DNA of 50,565 bases, the filler included, from Sphacelaria rigidula (taxonomy: Eukaryota), in assembly GCA_964200075.2 (NCBI GenBank). It is 2 parts of 2 records of this genome, joined end to end, with 100 filler letters (N's around TTAATTAATTAA, not from the genome) between each part and the next. Parts side by side here need not be neighbours in the genome. Positions count along the whole stretch, not along the records: positions 1 to 25,244 come from CAXNAA020000171.1; 1 more part is not named here. The stretch is one strand, 5' to 3'. The position numbers were made by a program, and so were the translations under genes. The notes beneath the pieces are model-generated. The model was not told where the DNA came from, searched no databases, and saw only the letters and a program-made list of their open reading frames with translations. Shown here one piece after another: positions 1 to 12,951 of this stretch (within the stretch, counting starts at the first letter, position 1; each line of letters opens with the position of its first letter).

Positions 1-564
1 GTGGTGGGGGTGCGGGGGGGTGGGTTGTGGGTGCTCGGTTGCGGTGGGGGGGGGGGGGGGGGGGGGGGCGAACAGAAGACCTTCATTTTCCCCGTAACAG
101 TAGAAAGAAGGGAGGCATACACGTTCTCTGGTCGCTTGCCATTTCAAACCGCCATCTGGAAACGGAAGCATTGCTTGGCTTTATAGGAAATCTCATGTGC
201 ACGTAGAGCAAGCCGTAAAAGCCATCTCATAACCAACTGTGGGCCCCAAGGCGTGATCCCAAGCAGCAACACGGCCCTCACAGGTTCAGGCGGTACACTA
301 CGGTCTCAGACAATCAATTCAAGCTTAGACGCAGAGGAAGTCGCGTAAACAAGCGTTTTGCAGAAGCCTACAGTACAATCCAGTGCATACTTCCAATAAG
401 AGGCGAGGTGAATCCTGTGAACAGCATTTCAACTGATACATCAAGATGGGGATGCCGATGAAGGACGCAAGAGACCGAAGCTAGGCTCCGGACGTTGAAA
501 TGGTTCCACAAAACGTCCAGTGCTAACTACCAGTCAAACCACGAAATTCAGGTGAGTATGAGCA

Positions 565-630
565 TCATGACCTCGAATATCTCTCCATTCTTAGTACTCT
601 CGCCTGCTCGTCTTGTTCTTGGTGTTGTTG

Positions 631-670
<40 letters not shown>

Positions 671-828
671 CGTTGCTGTTGCTGCTGCTGCTCCATTAGC
701 TGCAGCTGTCTCTGCTGCTGCCACTGCTGCAGCCGCTGCTGCTTCTCCTGCCGCTCTTGCTGGCCAAGCAAGTCCGCGTTGCTGCCATGACTTCGCTGTG
801 AGGAGGTCTCATCTCGCTGCTGCTGTGC
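565..828 (-). CDS. Probable downstream exon of a Gln-rich protein of unknown function (AQQQRDETSS...polyQ...RMERYSRS*)
   Basis: Acceptor ttgcag| ends at 829 on the minus strand and opens in phase 0 into a Gln/Glu-rich frame with a long CAG tract. The frame stops at 565-567, but it could instead splice out at AG|gtcatg. It joins in frame with the exon at 2239-2685. Confidence 0.55.
610..745 (-). repeat. CAG/CAA trinucleotide repeat (polyglutamine tract)
   Basis: A (ctg)n run of about 12 units at 632-669 plus flanking interrupted CAG/CAA triplets. Confidence 0.9.
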
Positions 829-1189
829 CTGCAAGTCGTTATTCGCACAATGAGTTCAGTGAATCGTGTGGCCGTTTTATGTCGCAAATTGCCACGAGAA
901 TCGGCAGGTGCAAAAAATGCAATAGTACTTACCGTACCATGTCGCCGGTCCAATACATGAAACCCCTCGTTAACGTCGCTCGCGGATGCTACGCAATATC
1001 CCACAACACCGGTTCGACAACTCTCGGTGTCCAGCCGCTGCCGACATAACTTTGGGTAAAAGGCAGATGCAGGTATACCTGGACGTTTTTTTGGCCTTCA
1101 ACAGGTCAAGGTTGCATCGCATTACACATACATGAATTCATAGCCTTGTGACCCGGTGGAACCACCGCGTATCTGGTCCTGGTGAAAAA

Positions 1190-1465
1190 CGCCACAGGTA
1201 TACCTACACCTGAGTCTGTCGTGTTTTCTCCGAACCTTTTAACTTAAAGTTGCACGATACCTAAACCTGGCACAATTTGTACTTTATTGCTCTTCCTTTA
1301 TTGTCTTTTCTTGGTCTACTCTGTCGTTCTGTCCTACCTTCTGTGCCTTCTTCTTTTTTCTTCAGCGAGTGCTTCCGTTTTGTTTTGTCTCGGGTACGTC
1401 TATCATGTGGCCACGACTGGATCCCTGGGGGTTCAGTTCAAGTGCAAGGGTCAATCAACAACAAA
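1190..1465 (+). mobile_element. 3' UTR/tail remnant of an RTE-type LINE (same family as 29255-30210)
   Basis: ctcgggtacgtctatcatgtggccacgactggatccctgggggttcagttcaagtgc..tcaatcaacaac aligns with the reverse complement of 29260-29360 (ctcgggtacgttcatcataagaccatcgctggacccctgggggatcagttaaagtgc..tcgatcaatc). It ends in a microsatellite-like tail. Confidence 0.7.
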
Positions 1466-1615
1466 AATGGTGATTTCTAAGAAACTAACAGGTCACATTC
1501 CGGCTCTTCCAGCAGTGACAAAGCGAAGATGGTCCAACACTGTCGAGCTTTTCCCACGAGGTACACTCGTCCTAAATGAACTTCGAGTTGTACAACCTTG
1601 CCAACGTGCTTGAAA

Positions 1616-1766
1616 CAGAGTGCGATACTCCAAGTACTCTCTGCACTACCAGGGTATTTCAGTACTCGGTGCTCCCGAGTACCTGGAGTATCGACCGTCA
1701 GAAAATACTGAGTACTGCAAAGTAAGTGGAGCACCGACACCTCAAATCACTCGTACTCGCATTCTA
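1616..1766. mobile_element. Small degenerate MITE-like element
   Basis: Imperfect inverted termini cagagtgcgatac / gtactcgcattcta and internal gagtac/gtactc motifs. No TSD found. Confidence 0.35.
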
Positions 1767-2238
1767 CCCTATCCCACGCATCTTCGGACTCTTCCCTCTT
1801 GATACTCGTTGCGCACGATCCTGTTCACCCGGGCATGGGTCCTCTGACGCCGGTAAACTTGATGAGCGAATCCCCACGTTCAAAAGTCGGACTTCGTTCG
1901 TAGATCGGAATACGTACCGTACTTTTGAACCACAACACCTCGTGGGAAGATCTCGACAGTGTACGCCACACCTTGTATTGCCACTGTTGGAAGAGTCGAA
2001 ATATGGCCGTTTAGCTCCTAATGCTTTAGAACTTCCAGGTATAGGTTCCGGAGAAAAGACGACAGACTCAAGTATTTACCCGTCATTTCTCGCAAGGACC
2101 AGGTATGCGGCGGCTTGGGCCAGTCACAAGGCCATGAATCCACTAATTTTTTATACGGTACAGTCTGTACCTGTTCGTGGCCGAAAAACGTCGAGGTATA
2201 CCTGTATCTGTCGTTTGTCAAATGATCAAGCTACTGAC

Positions 2239-2685
2239 TGACAGTTCCAAGGCGTACTGTACCCTCTTTCGGAGGTCGTTGTTGACTTGACGTGTTGACT
2301 GCACCTGCATTTGCCGTTCATTGGAGTCAGCATAGAGGTTTTCTGCGATCGGCGGCGGTGATGGGGTGGGCTGCTGCTGCAGCAACGTCTCGAGGGATTG
2401 CGGGTGCTGTTGTTGTTGTCCACCCAACGCGCTGCCGCCGGTACGTCCCTCTGACCCGTCGTCGTCGTCGCTATCGCCCCCGCCAGACAGCAATGAACTT
2501 GCTAAGGAGGACAACTGTCTGTGGGGTTGAGACGGGTGCTGTAAGTGAAGCATCTCTCCCGGGTGGCCCTGTTGTAGGGATGGCGGTGGCGCGAGAAGCT
2601 GCGAGTGTGAACTCATTATTTCGTGTTGCTGTTGCTGCCTCCGGGAATCCTCGAAAGGTTGCCCTCTCCCGCTGTTGCCGTCCAT
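2239..2685 (-). CDS. Probable first exon of the Gln/Ser/Gly-rich protein (MDGNSGRGQPF...RKRVQYALELS)
   Basis: ATG at 2685 lies within ORF 2218..2748. The sequence is low-complexity and GC-rich coding, ending in a short coiled-coil-like segment. Candidate phase-0 donor TCA|gtcagt at 2238. Confidence 0.6.
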
Positions 2686-3429
2686 GATGGCTCCGTGTAG
2701 ATATGCCGCCTTTTGAAAGGTGCGGTTTTCTGCGATTATTGCGAACATTGCCGATAGATAAGCGAGAAATAAATGCTACGACATGGGCTTCACCATCAGA
2801 GACAAATACTGGCTTCAACAAGCCAGGAAAATCACCAACGCCATAAGAGGTACAGATCGTTGGCATCCGCTAAACAGAAGTCCGCAACGTCGCGCGCGTG
2901 ATGAGCGTATGATATCTGCGACGGACAGTCGTACAAGATGCGCACATACGGTAAGTGCCAGGTACAGTAATTCTGCGGGGTGCGCCCTCATTACGAGCTA
3001 AGAGACTGGACACGATAAACGTGCATGTCGCAAAAACTGAACTAGATATTTTGAGTACATCACCTGTTGTGTACCAGACCTGTCGTGCTAGCTGTTCTCC
3101 CGCCGCACCTGCCAGGGGTCTCGTGCTGCGATACCGTGTGTGTAAGGCATCGGGTATAGCTGTTGCTATTGCCATACTTCAGGGGTTTTGAAACCGTCAC
3201 TTTTCGACCCACAGGCATTGGAATTACGCCGCGAGGTACCGGTTGTCAAAACATGATATGCGACAAACACAACGAACCGACGGACGCGAAGCGCGGATGG
3301 ACTATACAGAACGACATTTTGGGCGATGTGAATCCTCGCACTCGATTTTTATCACGACGAAGGGGTAACAGGCAACGCTAAGTTGCATGAGGTGGAGCTC
3401 CTGCCGAGAAAAGGCGGACGGCGGCCGAA
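2686..3429. promoter_or_regulatory. Putative bidirectional promoter region between divergent genes
   Basis: About 745 bp with no recognisable transposon between two divergent start codons (2685 minus, 3430 plus). Confidence 0.45.
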
Positions 3430-3648
3430 ATGACAGAAATTTCCACCTTCTCGGGGCACCAAGCAGGACAAGGAGGAGGAGTGGGCGGAGTAGGCACCAG
3501 TCCGGGGCGAAAAAAAGGCAGGAAGAAGCAGCAAGGTGCCCATGGAGGGACAAACCATCGACTCAATCCCTTGACGTCAAACAAGACATCAAATACAGGG
3601 AATTTGAGCGTTGGGGGTTCGGGTACCATCGGAGCAATGCCTGGCGGC

Positions 3649-3680
<32 letters not shown>

Positions 3681-4167
3681 TGGCGGAGGCGGAGGTGGTG
3701 GCGGCGGACGCCCACGCAAAGCGTTCATGAAGCGAGACTTGATTGAGGCTGTCCGAAGAATGGGGACGTTGGCAGTGTCAAACTCCAGAATAGATATCGG
3801 CGAGGGAAGCCTGGGGAGTAGCTCGAAGGACAAGGCGACAAGGATGAGGCGCGCGCGTTCCAGCTCGGAAATTGGAGGGCAGCTCCGAGTGATGGAAACC
3901 GGGCTCATCACGACATCCCGACGGTACAACGAGTTGAAGTTGGCGGCGGATCGAAAGGCGGTGGAGCTACAGAGCTTACTGGACACTTTGACGATGATCA
4001 AGCTGGAACATGATGCTCTGGAAAGGATGAAACAAAAACAGACCCCTGAGTCTCACCGTATCGGAACCCTCGCGAGAGAAATTGGCGAGGCTAACAAGGA
4101 GATCCAGGGGAAGCTCCATTACCGACGACTGCTGCATCATATGCGCCGAAGGCTCGAACACAATAAG
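3430..4167 (+). CDS. Exon 1 of outer dynein arm docking complex-like coiled-coil protein (CCDC151/ODAD3-DC1/ODA10 family)
   Basis: ATG at 3430, 246 codons, donor AAG|gtaggt. The C-terminal part (TPESHRIGTLAREIGEANKEIQGKLHYRRLLHHMRRRLEHNK) resembles, from recalled family sequence, the CCDC151-family coiled coil. It includes a 22-Gly tract at 3643-3708. Confidence 0.8.
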
Positions 4168-4895
4168 GTAGGTGTACTTGACCGCTGCACGTGTCTCTCC
4201 TCCGTCGATAGTGATTTCACCACAGTTCTGACACTTGCGTAGGATTACGGTATGGTAGCGGGGTTCGGTAGTGATACAGTAACTTGGGGGCACAGGCCTG
4301 AGAGAAGACGACGTAGATACTCGCTTTGATCCTTTGACCGCCAGGTTGGGTCATCAGGGTCATACATACAGTTTTAGTATTGTGTATCGGCACCGATCGT
4401 TCGACCGATAGTTTGTGGGACGGTGTTATACAAAGTAAAAATGCAAAAAAAAAAAATGAAAACAGGGGGTTCATTGACAGTAGTCCAGTACTTCGCACCA
4501 CAACACAGCACACAGGCACACAGACGCGATCACAGTACAGCTGTAGACCACAAGCACGCACGCCTGCAGTCTCAATGGGCTTTGACGATGAGGAGGGCAA
4601 GTACAGCAGGTGCGGCCCCCGCTGGCGGTGGACCTCTGCAAACCAAAGTAGGCGTGACAGTGGCAAGAGCCACGTCAGGGCTCAAGAGGTCTAAGCCCAC
4701 ACACAGCTCCCACGCTGTGTTGTGTTTAGTGTTTCGTAGGCACATGACGGATGTTCATACACAGCACGAAGTCCTCTGGCATGCTGGCGTGCCATTTCGT
4801 ACCACCGGTAGTCCGTATTTTGCTTGAGCACGTGTGCGCAGGATGAGTAGGATCTTCTCGTCCGTTTATGGTGTGTGGTTTGTCTGAAGAAGTAA

Positions 4896-5248
4896 GTAAC
4901 TCATCAAAATAAACTCAAAAGCTCACCACAATAAAGACAATTATTCACGGGTTGTGTACCCCCGTACCTTCTTGTCAACAGAACCAGTCCCTCGTGTCAA
5001 AGACAAAATCAGCCCCCCCTCGTCGATGTTCCTCGTATGGCCATCTCGACAACGCTATATAATTTTTCGTGGTAAGTTTTTCTGCTGAGTTTCGCTGCCT
5101 GAAGACCACCCGTTTTGACCGCGCAATTTGGACAACTTTTTTTCAGAAATGAAGCGGATTTCACCCCAACTTTCTTGCTCAGGCGGCGCCTCCAGCGGCC
5201 CCCCCTCGCCAGCCGGGGGGGCTTATTGGGACTCGCACAGTGAGCTAC
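4896..5248. mobile_element. Non-autonomous DNA element with short inverted termini, in intron 1
   Basis: Termini gtaactca / tgagctac (1 mismatch) and a GC-rich subterminal hairpin ccccccc-tcgccagcc-ggggggg. No TSD seen. Confidence 0.35.
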
Positions 5249-8200
5249 CTCGGCTTCGGTCGATCCCTCACTGTGCTCGCTGATGTATATTTATGTCGTT
5301 TATTGTTACCGATGCAGAACTCCTTTCAATTTTCAATTGAAAAAACGTTGCCGACTCAACGGATGGCGTACTCTCGCGGTCAAAGGGTGACTCTTTAATC
5401 TCACTCCCCGTGAGATTATCTAGTATTGCCTACGCAGGAGTTGGGACGAACTTGTTGTCACATATCACGTCTATTTGCATGAACAGGTGAATGTTGAGCA
5501 GAGCTGTACAGAAGTTATAGCCCCAGAACCAATATCATTCCAAGGTGGCGGAAATCACTTCACTTGTGAGACGTTCTGTGTTTTTATCTACTGCGGGGTG
5601 AGGAGCCACACTACATTTCCTGTATGGAATGACAGCTTTTATCAATGGCGTTTAAACGCAGACACGACCGTCTGTGCGTTATTGGGTCAAGATCTCCATA
5701 TCACGTGATGAAAATTTACGGAAAAATAAAGTACGATGTTTTTCGCTTTTTGCTTGACACCAACTGCGAATGCACACGTAAAGACGTCGTCGGCGCAAAG
5801 CCTGTGAGTACAGCTTCCGATCAATACCCGGCTCGCGCTGTAATTCGATGCCCCACGTGGTCCACAAAACCAAAGAATATGGCGTGTCGGTTGCGCGTGG
5901 CCATCCTCCATTTCCCTTGTATATTCTACACCAACGAAATGTCTGTTGTAGAGCCGGCACAACGCGCTCAGCAGGCATGCCAGGCGATGAGGTCGTGGCC
6001 CTACGAACATTGGAAGCATATGCCATGGTATACACACGAATTATCGGGCTCGGTTCCCGACTAATGTTTCTACAGCGCTGCAGGGCACGCGATGTATGGA
6101 GCTCGAAACCCGCACCGAGACTTGTCTGACCCGCGGTAAGCCTTAAGAAAAAAAATATTTGTTTCCAAAAAGAATCGAGAGCAGACAAAATTGGGGCGAG
6201 GATCACGGATATGCGTGTTTTTTTTTGCTGACTATTTTATTATGAAAGTTAAAATGGGGGGTACACGTTTTTTTCCAGATAATTGTCCTCCGCCACTGTA
6301 GCCAGTCGACATCTTTAACTTTTGATCCTTTCGGTGTTCATACGTAAAGTATGACCTCATCCTTCATGTACTGCGAGTGGTGGGCACTGTCGCTACCGCC
6401 ACGTACTGCTGGAATACGCACACAGTAGACACCAATACATCCTTTCTGGCAGGGTCGACATGTCTTTTTCAGTTTCTTATCATTTCAACTGTACTGTACT
6501 GAACTGCACTGAGTTTTACCGTCTGTATGTCCATTTTTTCGATTTCAAGTCATCAACGCCTACATTGAAGTACACAATGTCTCGTCGCGCCTCGGTCACA
6601 TAGTTTTCTCTGTTTCTGCGTCTTTGCGCTCAGGGCCAATATGTGCTCGGTGCAGCTCTCCTAATGACACTTCAGGGGGCACGTGTGTCAAGACTGCTCC
6701 AAAAGGCACATGGATTTTCAATCACTGTCCCTGAAATATTACAAAACATTGCCTATACCGCCAGTAGGAACAGTAAGTATTCTTTGTAATGGAACATAGC
6801 TCGTCGTTTTGGTCCCTCTGATTGGTCAGATGAGCCCTCTTCCTTGACTTCCGAGCACAATTTGACGCTTTTCGTCTTCCTCTAAAGTTTTCATGAGACG
6901 CGCATATTTTACCTGCTTCGGAAGAACTTCAAGTGATCTGGCAACCTACATCAGCTCCTCGCCACAAAACCGTACCTGCCCCCTGGAAACTCCTGGAAAC
7001 CACTGGGCTGTCAGCCGGAGAAAATTCTCCGAGGCGAGGCTGGAGATCAAAGGATTATTTCTGTCCGTATAGCCGAGGTTTGATCTGCAAGTATGGTCCG
7101 GTATCAGATGGGACCACTTAGTGCATCACGCGTGAACCGGTACTGAGCGAAGAGGTTTTGAAATACGTGATGGATTGGGTGCCCTAGTGCTGGCTGCACG
7201 TGGATGAAAACAGCACTGACCGACGTGGGGGGAGGGGCAAGGCAGCCTCACTCTGACACCCCGTATTATTCGGAGAATCAACTCCCAAATACCTCTCTGG
7301 TTATCAACAAACCACCCAAGGGTTGTAGTACTGTTAGAGGATACTGTTCGAAACACCTGATCGGTTATCACATCAAGATACCCCACAGGGTGAAGCACAC
7401 TTGAAGAGGTCCACGAGCACAAACATTGCGTAGATTACACCGTATCGTACAGGTCATCACCACTTTAGGAAGTCATATGACGAACATCCGCATGATTTCG
7501 TGAATTGGTCAGGCGTGTGCCCTCAGGAAAGGTAACGAATACCACATCAACTAAATAATGAAGGAAAGTAAAACTTGTCGTACCCGTAAAGCCGCGTTCC
7601 GACCACGTGCCCTGCGCTACAAAAACGTGTAAAAGGACGACACCGGAGCAAGATGTGGCCACAGCTAGTACATACAACTATGTTCTATATTATCAGGGAT
7701 ATTTTGATGTGCTGCTCAATAACTCCAGCATTTTTTCCCACGTTTTTTTGCATCGTTTTCGGGGTCGTTCAGCGAGACTGTCAGAACCGTTTTTTTCTCA
7801 ACATGACACCCCACATGTGCCCACAGCAGCATCCGAAGCAGAGGTACTCAGAGCTCGGAAAGTAAAATCTCCGGTAAGCTGTCTTCCTATAGTCTGTTCA
7901 CGATGTCCGTTGCTGGAGGCGCTGCTGGGAGGGTAAGCAGAAAGAATCTAATGAAAATGAGATACAGTATGCGCTTTGGAACACGAGCTCCTTGATGTCA
8001 GCAACAGCGGCAAGTTAGCCCATGGCGACATCAATCGAGTCGCACACAGCAGTTCGGTTGCTCGAGCAAGCAAGCTTCGGCCGTGTGGAAACTGTGTTTA
8101 AACTGTGTGTCGACAATCCTCCTATCAAGGCTGCATCGTTTTGAGGGTGTTTTCGCATCGCACACCGGATCTAGGGGCAGAACCACCAAATATCCCTCAT

Positions 8201-9411
8201 GTTTCGGATCAGAGTAGTACCTCGTTAGAACGTACCTCACCTCACTGACGGAATCTCTAAGCTACCTCTCGCGGCGGCATCTCACTTGAGCGCTGCATAG
8301 CTTGACGAAGAGAGAGGTTCAACGTCTTCAAACAATCACACCCCAGCTGGGTAAACGAAATCCTGAAGCAGTGTCAATTTTTCATCACAACACTCCTGAG
8401 ATGACGAAATCCTCCAACCGCAACAGCTTTTGTCAGCACGCCTGCATGCTGCCCACCACAATCAACTGGTTCTTAAAACGAGATGCCGCTCATTGAGGTG
8501 CTAACTATTCTGAGTACACTGAATTATATACTGATAATATTCTCGTTTACAATGAGCGGAGTACAGATGTAACCTGCTATGGCTGCGGTAGCGCGAAATC
8601 CACCGCGTTCACGATAAGCGCTTCCTTTACCGCCTCCCGGATCACTACGCATTGTGCCTCTGTTGTGAACAATCGCCTCGTTATTGTTGCGTCCCCGGAA
8701 AGCATGCCACGACTGCACCACCAAGAGGAATACCTCCTCCTCCCAAAACTCCTCTACTATACGATCGGTGGACGCGGCTTGTCATATAGCTTCAGTGTGG
8801 CCTTCTCTATGTTATGAGAATTCTCTCAACCAGCATAATATACCAGTTCTCCTTGGTTTTAGTTCGGGAAATACGATTTTTGTGCTGCCGCCAGTGAGTT
8901 GCTGCCTTCTTTATTGCACGTGGCATCAAGACCCGTCAGTCAAAACAGTCACGCACCTGTCATGCTTTGCTCGGACCCGCGATCGCGGAGAGCATCTTGT
9001 CGAGTCGGTGACCACTGTCGAGATGCCTGCTTTCTTTTCACACGAAGTTCTGCGTAATTTGACAAACAAATGGTGGGCTTTGTTCCCATACCCTTCGGTA
9101 GTCTCATGTACAAGGTCTCCTTGAGGTCGGACTGAGCACGATCCTCTTTGCTCAATGTCAAAACGGTAATAACGGTTTCCCGATACACGTACTGCAGCTC
9201 CGCCAACTCTTTTGGTCGTGAACGAGGGAATGTGGAGAAATGTCAGTATTTCTCCGCAGGTTGCTCACCTTCCCCTGGAAAAACACTGCAACGGTGGCTT
9301 TACACACACAACCGTGTTCATCGATCTTCCAGTGAAAGATCACGCTAGAATCGACGGCTTTCGGTCCTCCTCCTGAAGAGTGTACACCGCCCATGTGTTC
9401 ATCCGCTCAAG

Positions 9412-9485
9412 TTCCGGTGGTCTGATGGTTCGACTGTCACCAATAGGGTGGAGATATCGTGGGTTCGATTCCCGCTACGTTGGGT
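9412..9485 (+). repeat. tRNA-derived (Pol III A/B box) head, SINE-like or part of an LTR-like element
   Basis: A-box-like tggtctgatgg (9418) and B-box ggttcgattcc (9462) at tRNA spacing. No complete cloverleaf. Confidence 0.55.
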
Positions 9486-12400
9486 TTTTCCTTCGGCGTA
9501 TCTGATTTCCACCGTCGGAAGCGCGAGTACGTGAGTAGACAAAAAGTAGTTAACTGAGTTTGTTCGACGAGAGTTGACGCGGCGCAGGAGTGCTGACCCA
9601 ATCCGCGAGGCTAAAACGCAAGGCATTCACCAGGGATATATTGTGTTGACCGGGGAGAAATGGGTTGTTCCCTTGAGATCACGAACTCGTCCCAAGAAAG
9701 GGGAAGGATTTAAATTTGAGAGTGCGACAAAAAAAAAACTGCACATATGTTGCCTCGGACCACGCTTCCCTGAACTCTGAATTAAAAGCATCCTTTACAA
9801 TTTGGGGGCAGGCTCAATCTCGTGTGAATATAAATGGGTGCACTGTAGTGCAAATCAGCCCAACTTCCCTGGGTTTCTTGGGTCATCCACGGAAGCTAAT
9901 CGATCTATAGTCCGATCCAGGACGCTGAGGCCCTGTGCAGAGGTCTGTAACGCGGTATGTTCGTCCGCCAGCCGAGGAGGACGGGAAGAAGATCGCGGAT
10001 TCACCGCCCTTGCTGCTGCTGTCGTTGAAAGCAGGTTTGTTGTCTAGTTCTTCCCAGTGGTGGATCGACCGGGATTGACCTAGAAACTGCTTGCGGCCTC
10101 GCCGCCCTCGACAGCAGAGGCGTCGGGCGAACTACCCCCGTCAGCACAGTGGGTCTGGGGAGATGCTGATCCGTTCGACGATGACCATCCAGCAGCTTGA
10201 TCTTCCACATAACCACCCTCGCTCTTGGCCAATACTGGTCGTTCGGGCTCCGCCCGAATTCTCTCTCCACGTGTACCCATCACGGGCATGAATCCAGATT
10301 GAAGGCCGCCCCATCTTCATTGGTATCCGAATCGGATTGCCTGAGGTCACCTTCCCCGCTCTGGGGATTTCGCGAGGATTTCTTTGATCCTTTTAGGAGA
10401 AGGAACTACTCTCTACAAGGGTTTGTGCGAGGGAAGGGGAGTTGAGCGACGCCAGATAACGTTGCGAGTTGAAATCACTTAGTTGCCCTTCGTCTGCATC
10501 TACACGGTGTCGCGTGGATAGTCGTGAGCAGGTCGCATACAGAAGCATTCTTGTCCTTTGGTCATTGATTTCACGAACTTCTTGTGTTTGTCTGTGTCCT
10601 GGGTATGAAGAATGAAGCAACTTTGTTTGTGATGTCTCACCAGGAAAGCGTTTTATCAGGTGAATTATTCCCAGAGTTAACGATAGTACCAGAGCGATTC
10701 GACGCATCAGCTGCCCAATGACACTGTACAGATTATGTGTCGGACATAGATCTCATACGTAGGTTCTAAGGCATGTAGTCAACCAGCCTGGTAGGAGCTA
10801 GTGCGGTTCAGTACAAAGTACCAACAGGAACGGTCCGGGAACCAGTACTGCAGCCAGTGTTCAGTCGAGCCAGAACGGCTCCGCGGCTCTATATTGTACG
10901 CTCTCTAGTTGGGGCTTGGGGCTGAGATTCAGCGAGAGACGGCCCACATAGAGCTATACACCAGCGGGTGACGTCTGAATGAACAATGAAAAGCACGGCG
11001 ATGCAGCGCCCCGCTCGGGTACGTCGTCTGCTCAACCCATCCAGATCTCTCGTGACAATTGCCTTGCTCCGCTATGAATCGGTGTGCTGCGAGGAAGCGC
11101 GCCACGGCCACACGAAACACCTCACAAGTGCACAGACATGACTTCGCCCGCATACTGTTAGGGATATCTACGAAGTCAGAAGTATGGATGCGAGCGCGTT
11201 ACTACTTGCTCCGCTGGTGCTATGGCGCGCTCACCTACTCCGTTGTACTGGAGGCCTTCGACTGGTGTACTTTCTACTCGTGCTTGATCTATTTACCCCG
11301 GCAAAGTTAACCGAAGGATCGCGCGAATTCCCGATCACTATCTGATATCATCGAGATCTTGTTCAAAGACCGTAGTTGTATCTAAAATTAAGCCACCCAA
11401 ATATAGCACCGAAGTACTTCCTCGGTCCCATAAGTAAAGGTACCTAACGGCGATACATTGTTTACGTATGCCAGTGGTGGCGACGATGTTGTGGTTGGGT
11501 TCGTTAGAAAGGCAAAGCGCAGACGAGGTTGATGAAATGAAAAAAAAACGAAAAAAAAAACACTTGTCTTCATCACTAAAACTATGTCGAAATATACCCC
11601 ATTTTGACCCTTTTTGATAATTTCTCCCGCCATCATTGACCGATTTTGGACGTTTTCACGCCGAGCACTAGCAATTATATGCTAACAAAATGTTGGATGG
11701 GGCGTGCGTAGGTTAATGTCACGGGCATGTCCAAAATCAATGGTGGTTTCGCGATTTTCACAATTTTTTACCGATTTTTCGCGATTTTTCGTGTTCCCGT
11801 ATCCATCATGCTTTCCTGGGAAAACGAGCGAAAAATGCTCGTTTTTGGACCGGCCTACTTTTTGTCGACCGCGCGGCTGCATGGTTCAAGGACGAGCTGA
11901 AAATTTTAAACACATTTTCTTAACCCAAAAAACACCGTAGAGTTTATAAAAAAGAAAACGATCGGACATCGTTAAGGGCCCGTACAAATTTAGGTACCTT
12001 TACTTATGGGACAGAGGAAGCATTATTTTTTTGCCGAAGAAACCGTTCTGAATGAGGAATAACTACCCTTGTCTCTCCGGCGCCCGCTACAGGCTTGGGG
12101 ATGGATACACCCGTGAAAACACGGTTCATTGGCGTCACGTCTCGCATGGTGGAGTTGAAAGGAGTAGGATTTCGGGGCCCTTCTACGAGCGAACATCCTT
12201 TGCGTTCCGACAACTCCCCGACCAGAGTATATCCAGCTATCTTTCTGCCTCACGCACGAGTGCCTTGTGCAGATGATCGTAGCAGTGTTGGAAAAAGGTC
12301 GATGTCGACTCTGCTTGGGCCAAATAACATCCTGCCGGATGCAATTACAGCGTTAGCATACTCTCTACAATCAGCCACGAAAAAAGTAGATGCACCCGAT

Positions 12401-12881
12401 GTTGGTGGTTCCCTGTTAAACACCAATAATTTGCTCTTTCCAATAAATGCACGGACATGAAACATCCTTACGGTCGTGTGGCGTAGGTTCTACGCCCGCA
12501 TAGTCGGATCTTCACGCGATTTTCAGCCATTGCTCGTATCGAAAACAGATTTTTCCGCCAGGTTTGGCAAATGCGTAACGAGCAGAACCAGCTGATAGTG
12601 ATACTTGTCGGTAATAGGGTGAGGCCTTGGTCAATCTGAGGAGCTAGGCCCTGAAATTTTGACACGATATTTTCATCATCAACACGCGCAACATGTCTCG
12701 GGATTCCAAGTTTTTTTTTTCAGCAAAAACTGGGAGAATGTCATAACTCTGTGAAAGAAACGAAAGTCGACGGCATCCCCAGAAATGTTGTACGTACTTG
12801 CGCGCAGGAGATCCTGGCAAAATTCGGCTAATAACTCCTAAAATTGGGCCCAGCATGGCACTTTTTGTGAGACACCGCTGC

Positions 12882-12951
12882 GCCCCGGTGGTCAAACTAA
12901 TACACGAGCCTCCACCTACAAAGGTCACAAGTTCGAATCCCGACACGGCCA
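12882..12951 (+). repeat. tRNA-derived SINE head / tRNA pseudogene
   Basis: gccccggtggtcaaactaa...agttcgaatcccgacacggcca contains degenerate A and B boxes, with broken stems. Confidence 0.55.

Noticed and set aside
1-70. Poly-G stretch and the 61-aa Gly-rich ORF
   Set aside because: Low-complexity G run at a sequence edge, typical of sequencing or assembly artefact.
495-1049. Poly-Ala ORF on the plus strand
   Set aside because: Antisense shadow of the CAG/polyQ exon.
3160-3376. X-box-like half sites (gttgctat, gtaacaggcaac) upstream of a flagellar-type gene
   Set aside because: The matches are partial, and RFX factors are not known from stramenopiles, so chance cannot be excluded.
3378-4001. 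Poly-Pro ORF on the minus strand
   Set aside because: Antisense shadow of the poly-Gly exon 1.
7900-9350. Several short ORFs in intron 1 as a nested gene
   Set aside because: No coherent exon chain or recognisable domain could be built by eye.
12882-12951. Functional tRNA gene
   Set aside because: The acceptor, D and anticodon stems do not pair properly; kept only as a tRNA-derived repeat.
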